DNA of 63,321 bases, the filler included, from Rozella allomycis CSF55 (Eukaryota), in assembly GCA_000442015.1 (NCBI GenBank). It is 11 parts of 11 records of this genome, joined end to end, with 100 filler letters (N's around TTAATTAATTAA, not from the genome) between each part and the next. Parts side by side here need not be neighbours in the genome. Positions count along the whole stretch, not along the records: positions 34,262 to 36,245 come from KE560424.1; positions 36,346 to 37,831 come from KE560429.1; positions 37,932 to 39,398 come from KE560430.1; positions 39,499 to 46,037 come from KE560437.1; positions 46,138 to 56,483 come from KE560441.1; 6 more parts are not named here. One strand, written 5' to 3'. The number at the start of each line of letters is the position of its first letter. Positions within the stretch are counted from its first letter, which is position 1. The notes beneath the pieces were generated by a model, which did no database searches, had not been told where the DNA came from, and saw only the letters and a program-made list of their open reading frames with translations. Below are positions 34,262 through 46,310 of the stretch, in pieces. Position numbers and translations under genes: made by a program.

Positions 34262-36245
34262 ACTATGACTATGTGGAGTGGCAGGTGACATCGACAAACC
34301 AAAAAGGATCAAGGTTATAATTGTGTACACTAGCAGTCTTTTAATCTTGGAATTTCGCGGATGAAAATTCAAGCCAGAGATAAGCAGTGGCACGATGCCT
34401 TCAGTTAAAACGTATTGCCCTAAACCCTCTGCTTGCCTTGCTTCATCAATTGTCAACCCTTGCGATACATAACGAATGCTATATCCAACCACATAATAAA
34501 GAAAGTAAACATTAATAGCCGCGTGCAACATAGTTCTGGCAAATGATGATTCTTGTACATTGACACTATTCTCAACTCGATCTCGTGGGTTTCCGTCCGC
34601 TGTTCCTTCATCCCACATTGGCACTGGATTAACTGTATTTTCTTGTGCTTCGCTATTTCTGCTCCTTGTTACACCTGCAACACTGGAATGAATTACCGCT
34701 TTCATTTTCTCCACAATTCTGTTATCAAACATTCTATTCAGACCATTCATGTGCACATTGGGGATATTGGGGATATTTGGATTATTAATTGTAAATTCAT
34801 AAAGCCTAGTTGCGATATCCTTCAAGTCAACAATACTAGAAACATTGTCCGAAAGTGCTTCTGCAGCACCAATCACCTTTTTAAATGAATCATTTAACGC
34901 TTTCTGAAATATTTCCAGAGTTTTGTTTTGTTTAATATTATCAGTTTCATGCACTGCTGGTTGTTCGCTTGTAGTTACGCTTTCGTCCGTTGCTGCCACT
35001 ATTTGTTCTTTTGATGCTAATTTACCGTCCGTTTTTGCAATAGACTCCTTTAATTGTTCAGTTATGGTCTTCTTGTCAACTGATCTCTTCTTGTCCTTAT
35101 CTTTATCTGAGCTCTTTCCTTTTTTATATACCAAATCAATTTTATTATCAATCCCAACTATTTTATTAATATCTTTAGCTATTCTCAACGCATCTTTCAC
35201 TATTGCTTCCTTGGTGGCTTGGTCGCTGCCTTTGATATTTTCCATTCTTTTTTGGACTGCATTATACTTTTCTTGGATATCAGCGAAAAGTTTATTTTCA
35301 AATTTCATATTTGACAGCTTCCTTTTTTTGACATTTTCTAGAAAGGAATTCCCAAGCGTTCGTCCCTCCTCGGCACTCTTTTTCGCGCCCTCAATCTTAT
35401 TTCTTTCCGAATCTTCAATAGAACGCTTACGCAGCGAAAGAAAGTTGGCGAACTAAGTAAAATATGATTGTAAAAGTTACATTTTTGCCAGTTATGCTAC
35501 CCCGCACCAAAATTGAACTTGGATAGGCTTCAACCACAAACTTCGCCTCGACAATATTAAATAGCTGGCCATGTCCATTCAAACGAAAATATTTTTCACA
35601 AAGCTGCACATCAAGCGACGCAGAAATAAACGCAAGATCACCATATCCAGCAAACTTCAGCCCTGGAAATTTCTCAGAATTGCGAGAAATGTCAAGCTCA
35701 AATATAGGCCCAAACTTACTGCCTTTGCTTCTCAAAATTTTTAATCCAAAAATATCAATAGGACCAACTTCAATCTTTGAATATAGCCTATCGGGAGTGA
35801 GTTCAAATTGTGTTATCGTTTGCACTGAGAACAGTGTTACATTTGCGTAGATTAAAGTGCCCATCTTGTAAAGTTTGTCACCAACGTAGAAATCTGATGT
35901 AGCAAACATTAAATTGAATTGGTCGAGACGAAAAACATTGTCTAAAATATCTGGAATTGAATCGGCAACAGCGTCATTCAACAAAGCTCCCACAAATGTT
36001 TTAAGAGTTATACCATGCAAAGAAAGATCCATCATTGACTTGTCAGATTTACGAATTATCAACCCACCACCGCCAAAATTATATTTTTCACTACCATAAG
36101 TGGCGTTTAGATGTACCAAAAATTCCAGAGTCGAATGAAACCCTGTGGATATTCCAACTTCAAATTTCAAATCTCTTACAGTCAGCCTTTCAATCCCAAG
36201 CGTCCTCTTCCACTGTCCATTCACTTGTACTCCTACCAGAAAACT
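34262..36245 (-). CDS. Large hypothetical protein fragment: beta-rich region, coiled coil, C-terminal TM helices
   Basis: ORFs 35427-36224 and 34214-35308 joined by a 28-nt GT-AG intron near 35452-35479; both ends truncated by gaps. Confidence 0.55.
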
Positions 36246-36446
36246 NNNNNNNNNNNNNNNNNNNNNNNNNNNNNNNNNNNNNNNNNNNNTTAATTAATTA
36301 ANNNNNNNNNNNNNNNNNNNNNNNNNNNNNNNNNNNNNNNNNNNNTTCACGAAATCATATTTTGAGCCAACTCGCATGGACTTGCAAGCCACTCGATACG
36401 TTACGATTATATTAAATCATGATGTAGAATTAAAAATGATCATTAT

Positions 36447-37058
36447 TTATTCATCGTTATCAAATCTTCTTGGCAATCTAAAATTTGGTGGCCTTCTATT
36501 CACTGGTGGAAGCTGCTGAGTTGGATCAGGAAGAGTCACACGTTGGCCGTTTCCAGTAGGATCAGGGAGAACGACATTGTGTCCATTGTTTGAGGAAGAA
36601 GAAGAAGATGCTTGACTTTGACCTTGAAATCCTCTAAGGTGCTCGGGAATTCCTTCATGGTAGGCTGCTGCATCTGGTGATCTAGCTCTTGGAAGTCTCA
36701 TGACGCCTCTTTGAGCTGGCACTTGTGGTTGGAATTCTAAAGGATTTGGTAAAGCGAAACCTGTTGGCAATGGTGCAGGTCCAGTTGGCATAGGAGGCAA
36801 TGGTGCAGCTCCAGTTGGCAATGGCAAGGGCAAAGGAGCAGATCCCATCGGAAGAGTCACTGCTGGTTCCCCATTATTAAGAGAACTAGAAGATGCTTGT
36901 GGGATTGGCAAATGGTTCTGTGCTTGTCCACGAGGTCTACGAGTGATAAGAGGAGCGTTACCAGCTGCAGCTCTACGTCCGGCATCAAATCCTGGCGGCC
37001 TATTTGGAGCAGAAGCCAAAACGATAGCAGCACCTGATAAAAGAGCGATGAATTTCAT
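36447..37058 (-). CDS. Small secreted Pro-rich protein
   Basis: MKFIALLSGAAIVLASA signal peptide; PLPTG and VTLPDPT repeats; 5' end duplicated across n 37129. Confidence 0.7.
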   Translation of the reverse strand: MKFIALLSGAAIVLASAPNRPPGFDAGRRAAAGNAPLITRRPRGQAQNHLPIPQASSSSLNNGEPAVTLPMGSAPLPLPLPTGAAPLPPMPTGPAPLPTGFALPNPLEFQPQVPAQRGVMRLPRARSPDAAAYHEGIPEHLRGFQGQSQASSSSSSNNGHNVVLPDPTGNGQRVTLPDPTQQLPPVNRRPPNFRLPRRFDNDE

Positions 37059-37678
37059 AAAAATGATAAGCCACACATGAATTTGTCGATTTTATAACAC
37101 AGGTGGCTTAGTTAGACGTGAACGTGTGNGCGTCCGGCATCAAATCCAGGTGGTCTATTTGGAGCAGAAGCCAAAACGATAGCAGCACCTGATAAAAGAG
37201 CGATGAACTTCATAAAAATGATAAGCCACACAGGAATTTGTCGATTTTATAACACAGGTGGCTTAGTTAGACGTGAACGTGTGAACAAGTTATTTTTAGA
37301 ACAAACCTAAATTTGACTTTCAATTGTTATTCAATATTCATTCTTCATTTTTCGGCTCCGTGCCCTTTATGGTCGCAAACCAAGTAAGAAAAATATCCTT
37401 GAATGGTAGAATACTAAATACGACTATTTGCAGGCATTATGTCTCGCGCGGCACCGCCTACGATCAACGATGGCGGAAAATATCACAGAAACTAATATTC
37501 CCCAAACACCATCAGACATCAATATCTAAAGGCGCATAAAACGTTAATAAAGAGTCTCTAAATTGGAAAGCGTAATCAAAGTCTAAACATCTCTTTTTAT
37601 TCGATAATTTTCTTAATAGTTATTTTGGCGCCAAAATTGTGTTTTAGTAATTTTACTAAACTAAACTAGCTTCACTAA

Positions 37679-37831
37679 ATGGCGATTACCAGTCCATATC
37701 TGGATATCAGAGTATTAAAAAATGAAGCAACTACTCATATCGGAGCTTTGCAATATTTCCCTGATCGAGAGATTGTGTATATGCCAGTTGATGGAAGCAA
37801 GGGAATGTCAATCAAAATAGATACGGAGCGA
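37679..37831 (+). CDS. 5' fragment of a hypothetical protein
   Basis: ATG after AT-rich upstream region, open to the gap. Confidence 0.35.
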
Positions 37832-39748
37832 NNNNNNNNNNNNNNNNNNNNNNNNNNNNNNNNNNNNNNNNNNNNTTAATTAATTAANNNNNNNNNNNNN
37901 NNNNNNNNNNNNNNNNNNNNNNNNNNNNNNNCATTTGACTTTCTTTAATCTTATTTGATTTTAGCATCTTTTTAATCATCAGCGTGGACTCATTTATTCT
38001 TTCTCTCTTAATCGTTTTCTATTTTTACGCGTAAGCTACAGCGCAAAAATGCAGTTTTGGTCACCGAATACCAGGAACAAATAGCACTAGCCACTGAGAC
38101 AAATGGATCTATATAGGGCATAAGGAGGGCTTTCAGCCTTGCAGGATTTGACCGCTACTGCGATTACTATGGGTTTGTGGCTAACACCTTTTGTTCCGGT
38201 ATTCTGCGGGTCTTTGAAGCATTTTGGTTCTGAATATCTCTCAAGATATCTCCTTTACGTTTCAATCAACATATCTGCGAACACACACTCAACACCAATG
38301 CATCACTCCATTTAATCCAAAACTTGCAACAATCTCTGTCTGGGATCTCTCTCAAACATCAACGTTAAAAAATTTCACTAATCGCCAATTTCAACATGCC
38401 CATCACAATAAAGAATATACGAAACACTTGTTATTCTCTCGGCCATTGGATCCCGCACATTCTTATTAACCACTTTCACATTTTTATTAGAAACCAAAAC
38501 TATTTGGCCATTCATACCGAATGTCGCTCCATCCGGCCGCTTACACCATCGAGGCGTTCTCTCCAGTCTTCCTTCACTGAACCCTACAAATGGATTTTAC
38601 TGCTTCCACTTTCCGTAAACGTTTGATGCCAATAAATCACCACTTAGCAAATCTATCGCGAATGCCATTAAACATCAATTGTCCTGTTTCTACTAGTAAC
38701 TAAATGGAACTTACAACATGAACGATATTATCATTTTACTTTTTCAATATACTCGGCCGTCGCTGTGTTCCACGCTGTCGACGAGAACAGCGATTCAGCT
38801 AGTCAATACTAGCGATCCCTTTTGGACACCAAAATCTACTTTAACATCCAATCCCACCCTAAACACATATTAATGCCTCCACTCACAACCAAATGTACCT
38901 GGAACGGATTTAAATACAATCCCTTGACATCCCTGGTGCACCTGTTTTTCTAATCATCACCCTGTCTCCACAAAATCAATTCCACAACATCCCCATGGCC
39001 ACTTCAGCTAAAAAACATCGCATACTGGCACGCTGTCGATATTAGCTCAAGTTGCCCGTCATTCATGTGATACATTTTTAGAAGTACTTAGCATCATATC
39101 AAACGCCAGGTTACGTCGCCCATCGCTAAATAAGCCTAAAGTTGGTCGGAAGGCAATCAGACACATGTTGCGGTTCTGTTAAGAAATTTAGGACATTTGG
39201 GAATTCACGCGCTGGACATCATAAGAGTATTTTTTAAATTTGAAATGAAATTTATATAGTTGTAGAAGCACGAGTATATGTAATTCAAACATAAATTTCA
39301 GAGAAATGAAAGAAAACCCGTAGAACCACCAAAAATCCCTCAAAATTGAAAAACCATTATGTCGCTCCATGCGCTTATAGTATCTTAATCCTCATAAANN
39401 NNNNNNNNNNNNNNNNNNNNNNNNNNNNNNNNNNNNNNNNNNTTAATTAATTAANNNNNNNNNNNNNNNNNNNNNNNNNNNNNNNNNNNNNNNNNNNNCA
39501 TTGATGTTTTCATTGATTGAGAAATTCCTATTTATATGTCTTTCATCTTGACTTTGATGAGCTCTAAATTCACTTTCATTTCTATAACTTTCATTTTGAT
39601 CAACTCTAGATTCATTATGATTTTCTAAAATTTCATTTTCCTTTGCTNTTCCTATCTATATGACTTTCATTTTGACTTTGATTTACTTTGAATTCACTTT
39701 CATTTTGTAACATTTCACTTTGATCAACCCTAAATATACTTTCATTTT

Positions 39749-41002
39749 CTAAAATTTCATTCTCGTTTGCTTGCTCTCATCAATGACAAAATTAAACCTA
39801 GATCTCTTTCTTCTTGAGAAGAAAGAGTTGATTGAACTTTCATCTTCCTGATTTAATATAAAATGATTTGAACTTTTTCTTTTTCGTACACTTCCCTCTC
39901 CTCTTTTTATGTTTTGTTTTGGCAAACCGAAGAATAAATTCGAATCTGCTACTCCTCCCTGATCTATGCTTTTTCCATTCCCAATGATTTGAGATTGAAA
40001 TCTATTTTTCCTTTCTACACCTCCCTCTTTATTATCTTTTATCATTACACCTCCCTCTTCCAATTCTCTTTCATTTCTAATCTTATGAAATTTTATTCCA
40101 TTTTTCCCAAGTACACCTCCCTTATCCATTTCCATTTCTATAATTTTATTGTGAAATGTGCCTTCTGCATTTACTCCCCCCTCCAGGCCTCTCGCATAAT
40201 GCCCATCACTCTTTACACCTCCCGTACTTATTGCAATTTTGTTCTCATGTACGCCTCCCTCATTGTACCGATCACCCAATGCACCTCCCTCTTTTGTTGC
40301 CTTTACTATCCCATTTACATCTCCCTCGTCTTTGGATTTTTCCATCGCATCTACACCTCCCTCAATATTTCCATCTCCCATTACACATCCCGTCATCAAT
40401 ACTACTCGTCCCTCATCATCTCTGTTTTGGAGTATACTTGATCGCATTTCCGCACATAATCCTTCATTCCCTTTTCTTTTAATTCCCTTTTCTCCTCCTT
40501 TTGCGATTATATGGTCTATGTCTAAGATGAGAAAATCTGCTTCTACATCATCAGGATTCGCTATATCCATTTTGGACATGATCCTGTTTTCCAACTCTTT
40601 CTCAACACCATCTATTTCATCAAAGTCTTTTTTGATCACTGTCCCGATTTCTTCTTTATCGGGTTCGTAAGTCATCTGTTTTGTTTTAGATTTAATGTTG
40701 GCATCTACACATTCTTCCTTGTTTTCAAAGAAGGTTGCTTCGTTTCCAATAATCTCTCGGCCATCTTCCACGATTGCGCTTCTATTTCTTACATTTTCAA
40801 TTTTTTTAATATCTTTTTCTTTTAGTCTCCAACTCTCACCACTTCTCATTTCAAGTTCCGGGTTCCCACCTCCCTCTGCACGCTCAATCGCGGTTCTGGG
40901 CTTAAAATAATCTAAAATATTAAATGGAATATTGCTTTTAGATTTTAAACCTGTTTTACTTAGTAAAGATGAATTATGAAATTTCATTCTCTTACTTACC
41001 AT
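39749..41002 (-). CDS. Low-complexity charged ORF with recurring (E/K)GGV motifs
   Basis: 417-aa open frame; GAGGGAGGTG recurs; related fragment at 44490-44820. Confidence 0.45.
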   Translation of the reverse strand: MVSKRMKFHNSSLLSKTGLKSKSNIPFNILDYFKPRTAIERAEGGGNPELEMRSGESWRLKEKDIKKIENVRNRSAIVEDGREIIGNEATFFENKEECVDANIKSKTKQMTYEPDKEEIGTVIKKDFDEIDGVEKELENRIMSKMDIANPDDVEADFLILDIDHIIAKGGEKGIKRKGNEGLCAEMRSSILQNRDDEGRVVLMTGCVMGDGNIEGGVDAMEKSKDEGDVNGIVKATKEGGALGDRYNEGGVHENKIAISTGGVKSDGHYARGLEGGVNAEGTFHNKIIEMEMDKGGVLGKNGIKFHKIRNERELEEGGVMIKDNKEGGVERKNRFQSQIIGNGKSIDQGGVADSNLFFGLPKQNIKRGEGSVRKRKSSNHFILNQEDESSINSFFSRRKRSRFNFVIDESKQTRMKF

Positions 41003-41023
41003 NGTGCATTCAATTCATCAATC

Positions 41024-41360
41024 AGCTCATTTATGACAAAAATAAATAAAATCGGACTCAAGGAAGAGCCTTGTAAAAGACCTCTTTTGTTCTTTAGCGG
41101 ATCAGATATCTTGCCATTTACTACCAATTTAGATTCATTTTGATCAAACAACACTTTTAATATTTCTATAATTTCATCAGAGACGTTAAATTTTTCTTTT
41201 AATTTCTTCCATAAGATTCTTATATCGACCAGGTCAAAAGCTGCTTTAAGATCAAGAAATATATTTATAATAGGTCATGATCTCACTAAGACTGAAGATT
41301 TGTTGTAAAGTTGAACGATGTGGTCTTAAACCGCCTTGAAAATCATTTAGAAAATGGCTA
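41024..41360 (-). mobile_element. Non-LTR retrotransposon reverse transcriptase fragment (not in the ORF track)
   Basis: Manual translation: FQGGLRPHRSTLQQI...FLDLKAAFDLV...LW...RGLLQGSSLSPILFIFVINEL, with one frameshift. Confidence 0.88.
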
Positions 41361-41385
41361 GCGGGGTGCAATGCAGGCCTAACCC

Positions 41386-42734
41386 TCAGTAGTTTTCGAT
41401 TTGCTTTTTATCAATATCTGGCCTAAGATCAAGCCGATATAATTCACTGTTTTCCACAAGCAGGCCTTTGTCAATAGCTGTCATCTGGCTGAAGATACAT
41501 GGTTCTCCATCAGTTTGTACAATAACGACTGGACCACAAGATCCATTCAAGCCTCTATTATTTGATTTTTTAAAATTCAGTGCTGCAAAACTTTGAGCTA
41601 AAGCCTGACCTTTGGCGTTTCTCATAGTCGCCGGTTGCTTCACCTCTAGTACAAANACCATCTTGTTCTTTCTTGGGTTTTGTGGTCCAGTTTGTCTCCC
41701 TCTTGAATTTCTACATTTAGCAATTGTTGATTTAGATGCGGATAAAGATGAATGTTGGAGAGGAGCCATGGAGTCTTCCAAATTTGAAAGGAGACCTAAC
41801 CCTCACTATTTTTCGATTTGCTTTTTATCAATATCTGGCCTAAGATCAAGCCGATATAATTCACTGTTTTCCACAAGCAGGCCTTTGTCAATAGCTGTCA
41901 TCTGGCTGAAGATCCGTGGTTCTCCATCAGTTTGTACAATAACGACTGGACCACCAGATCCATTCAAGCCTCTATTATTTGATTTTTTTAAATTCGGTGC
42001 TGCAAAACTTTGAGCTAAAGCATGACCTTTGGCGTTTCTCATAGTCGCCGGTTGCTTCACCTCTAGTACAAATGCTGACGGATCAAGAGGCATATTTAAA
42101 CCGGCCTTCGAATGACCTACTACAAAATCAAGTGGCCCAACATATGTTATCCTCTTTTCGCCGTCATCGCCTCATTCCTGGAATAACTACACTGACAGTT
42201 CTTTCCTCGTCAATACGTCGTGGCTTAAAGCCAAATCGTTTGGTCAAGGGAGCAATGTACACAAGCAAAAAAGACACAATAAGACGGCTTGAAGATTCCA
42301 GACGTGTAGTGTGGAACGTAAAATAATTGTTCAAAATTTCAATTTATCCAGTTCGGGACATTCACTGGTTCTACCTGCGGTCTCCAAACTTTTTCATTTT
42401 CTGAAATCCTAAAATCGGCTTTCACTTCAAACACATCAGCTGCGCTACATTTAATTCTTAATTTAGCCGGTAATTCCGTCGATTCCTTTTCCTTCAACAA
42501 TTATAACATCTTTAACTCCTCTTTCTTCATTAGGGGCTTCTTTTCCCTCCTCAGGAACTCCCCTGTCTTCATTAGGTTGATAAGGTCGTCCTGATTTTTG
42601 CCATACACAGCCTTGTTAGTTTCAAACCATTCTGGAAAGGGAGAACCAAATAGTTTCTCAATAAAGTTAATTTGTTTATCGACTTTCATTATCTCATCGT
42701 TCACTTGGCTTATCTATTTCTGCAAACTCTCCAT
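41386..42734 (-). pseudogene. Crinkler-type coiled coil + PD-(D/E)xK restriction-endonuclease-fold pseudogene, REase part duplicated
   Basis: FVLEVKQ...GQALAQ...VVIVQTDG in two copies (41386-41655, 41806-42075); upstream W..YG..LRREKK..KKEEL coiled coil; premature stops. Confidence 0.55.
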
Positions 42735-42947
42735 TTTATTACAGGCGTCATAATAATCAAAAGTTAATATTTTTATATCAGATAACGAAAATTGAAATTT
42801 TGTTAATTCATATTTACTCTCTTATGTCTAATGTATTATTTGGAAAAAGTTACTGCGATAGAGCAATGAACTCCGTCACCAGTGAACCACAAACTGCTTA
42901 CATTCATTTAATGTATTTTCGAAGTCGAAACAAGTTATTTTGCTTCT

Positions 42948-43212
42948 AACAAATTATGCCAAAGAATGAAGTATGACCATATTCGTTGCTACTTTTGATA
43001 TCCTGATCCGTGACCCAACCAACATCAGAATGTATTTTGAGATTCTGATAAAGATGTTTGTTTGTCTACCGAAAACGATTACCTGTTTTTACATCCACAA
43101 AATCGTTGATATGATTATAATTGTCAAATGGTAAAACTTCAGGGGTTCCCGTAGTGACATCCGTGGCGATGGTGGACCAAGCTAAGAGGAAGAGTAAGAA
43201 GATACCATTCAT
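42948..43212 (-). CDS. Putative small secreted protein
   Basis: MNGILLFLLAWSTIAT signal peptide; a 27-nt GT-AG intron near 43067-43093 restores the frame; 3' end uncertain. Confidence 0.4.
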
Positions 43213-43569
43213 GCCACAAAACTATGAGGCAGGGTCTGTTTGTTAAGCCTCAATAGGCATAATTTTAAAATAGAAAAAGTTGATTTTCCAAATGCTTTAA
43301 ACCNAATTCATGCCACAAAACTATGAGCCAGGGTCTGATTGTTGAGCCTCATTAGGCATAATTTTAAAATAGAAAAAGTTGATTTTCCAAATGCTTTAAA
43401 CCTATGGGAACCGTAAAATGTGATTGACACATTTTAGATCTAGAAATAACATAATAGGGGCTACTATTCATCAAAATCACCATTTTATCAAATATATAGG
43501 ACAAAATTGAAAATATTTTCATCCTTTAAACCTAAAATTTGAAATTCATAATTTAATGTTTTAAAGAAA

Positions 43570-43992
43570 ATGGGCCCTGGCTCTACACATTTGGGAACGG
43601 AGAAACGATCATACTATGAAAGTTTTTCATCATCATACAAACACATTCACTCTGCGGGAACAGAAGCTGCATTTAATAATCGAGGGTACATTGAAGGAGC
43701 TATAGAAAGTGGAAAACGAGTAGCTAAAGCAATTAACGCGTCTTTGAAACATTCAGGAACGCCATTCATGGAACTTCCACAGCCTATCATTGATGACACT
43801 CTTGGTAATGTTTCAAGGCCGAAAATCGAAGAGAAGAAAAGCAAAGAAAATAGGAACAGGTTAAACAAAAGTAAATCTGGATATGTTTGTTTGGGGGTAG
43901 CTGCCATCGGGGCAGCAGTTTTTGACATCTATTATAATAATATCGAAACGAAAATGAAATACAATAACCATTTCTTTTGTAAATTCATCTAA
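43570..43992 (+). pseudogene. C-terminal fragment of a flavin-containing amine oxidase
   Basis: IHSAGTEAA...GYIEGAIESGKRVA followed by a hydrophobic tail; no N-terminal GxGxxG domain upstream. Confidence 0.7.
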
Positions 43993-44068
43993 TCAAAATC
44001 GAAGTCGTATTGATAAAATATTAATTAGTCCCAATTTAATAAATTCGTTTTCTGGAGAACTGAAGACT

Positions 44069-44460
44069 TTGTACTATCCCGAGTCCGACCATTTACTTTT
44101 ATATACGTCTTTTTACCTGCATTTAGATTTAGGAGGAAATCATGGTTATGGCTATTGGAAATTAAGTAATAGCATTCAACTAAATAATTTTTTAATAAAT
44201 GAGTTATATAAACTTATTCAATGTACAAAAAATCCAAATCTAAGTATGAAGGAAAATAGAAGAGACAGATGGGATTATTTCAAACTAAGGGTAAAATCAA
44301 CGTCCACAATGTTTTCAAAAGAGATACGCAACACTACAAAGAGTGCATTGAATAGTGCATTTAATTTATTTATTCAAGAATTGTCGTTATGATATCTTCT
44401 GAAAACTGCACAAATCTGAATTTATATAAAAGTCAGTTACAAAATGAGATTATGGCATTT
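44069..44460 (+). mobile_element. L1/Tx1-like LINE ORF2 fragment (end of APE endonuclease + linker)
   Basis: SDH...GYGYWKLSNS...WDYFK pattern. Confidence 0.65.
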
Positions 44461-44839
44461 AAAAGAGTAATATATATCCAAAGTAGCGCCTACACCTCCC
44501 TGTTCCTATACTCCACCCTTTCCCACTTCCGTTCCAACAGGATGAGATTTTAGGCCCATCAATGCTTCAATTCCACTCTCATCAACGTCTAATTTCATTA
44601 TATCTAGGTCCCTCACGATAACTCCTCCCTGTTCCTTTACTCCTCCCTTTTCTACTTCTGCTTCGAATTGATCAAATTCTAGACCCATCAATTTATCTAC
44701 TCCTCCCTCATCATCTTCTAATTCCGTTCTATCTAATGCCAATTTAGTCTTCTCGACTACACCTCCCTTTTCCTTTACTGTTCCCTCACCTTCTGCTGTT
44801 TCAAATTCATCAAATCCCCTAACTCTCAGAATAACAAAG

Positions 44840-46037
44840 TTTTTTATTTATATTAAGTGTGTTCGTTTAAGAATGTTCGATTTCGAAGGTGCATTGAGTT
44901 TGTTTGCGACGGAATGTCGCAAACCTTTCATCCGATTCCTTTGCGCGGGCGACCGATGGGACGATTTCTTTAAAGAGCGATTTGATGATGATATACAGTT
45001 CTTGCAGCGGATTGAGCGAGAAGACGAATGGATCGAGCAGGATTTTCATTGTAATTGATACCGGAAGAATTTCCATTGTTTCCATTTCGGTGGCTTGGTT
45101 GTTCATTTGATTGAGTTCGATTTGCATTGGAGCTTGGTAAGTTTGGATTTTGCCACAGACCATTCCTTCTCTGACGATAACCTAGACAATGTTCATAAAT
45201 TAAACTTTTTGAGTGATAAATATGATTGTAGAATTCAATTGAGGCTTCTTGTCTATGATGATTCAATAAATAATTGATTAAATTTGATTCAGAACCCTGG
45301 TCTATAATTTCAGCGTACAAGCCTCTTAGATATTCCCCGGCACCTGAACACTCAATTGCGTGAGCACGTGATACTTCTTCATTGCACTTCTTGCACTGTT
45401 GATGACGCGTGATATTTCCGCAACGCCACCTCATGATTGTCTGTCTAACTTTTTGATCAAGATCTTTATTGGGTTTCAGCAAATGATGATGTTTTTTCTC
45501 CTGGAGCAACTTCAATGGACCCTGCAATAGTGCTTGGATAGTATGGCTCGATGTTCTCAATATGGATCATTGTAAAAATATTTAATTCTATTTTGGAGTA
45601 CATCTCCGTCGGCTTGTTGTAGTATGGAGTCAGTCTATTGAAAACATGGTTGAGTTTCTTTGCATCTCGCCAGAACTGATTCCGACTTACTATTGGTTCT
45701 TGTTTCTATCGGATAAGCCACTCAACCAGAGACGGATAACTGGAATACTCTTGTCAGTGCAATTATGAAGTTTGTCAGCGAATCTGATACTCAGGGATGC
45801 ATTTCGGAGTTCAATTTTCTCAATTAGCAGTAACTTGTGCAATGCATTAATAGATGTGCTTCTATGACCAGATACAATACGTCTAAGAATATTATTGTGT
45901 GCTTTTTGAAGAATAGATAATGCTTCTTCGGCTACCATTGTGAGGCTTAGTCCATACTTCAATTGAGGTCTTATGAATGTCTTATAAACATTCACATTTG
46001 CCGTAATTGGCCATCCAGATCCATTCAAGCCACAGGT
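44840..46037 (-). mobile_element. 3' half of a non-LTR retrotransposon (RT thumb + Cys/His finger), decayed
   Basis: VYKTFIRPQLKYGL, NNILRRIVSG..STS, CKKC...RAHAIEC; A-rich 3' end near 44840-44855. Confidence 0.85.
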
Positions 46038-46310
46038 NNNNNNNNNNNNNNNNNNNNNNNNNNNNNNNNNNNNNNNNNNNNTTAATTAATTAANNNNNNN
46101 NNNNNNNNNNNNNNNNNNNNNNNNNNNNNNNNNNNNNGACTCCCCGTCCGATTTAACGAGCACTGCGAGACTTGTTAAACGCCTCTTGCTAATATCATAA
46201 TATGTCTTCTCGAGAAAAAGAACAAATAAATATAAAAGATCATATTAAACACATTAAAGTAAAAAGGGTGTTTTTATTAATTAATAATGAGACTATTAGC
46301 CGATTATGAG

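Noticed and set aside
37932-39398. Short ORFs or a possible decayed transposase
   Set aside because: No recognisable motif in the frames examined; left unannotated
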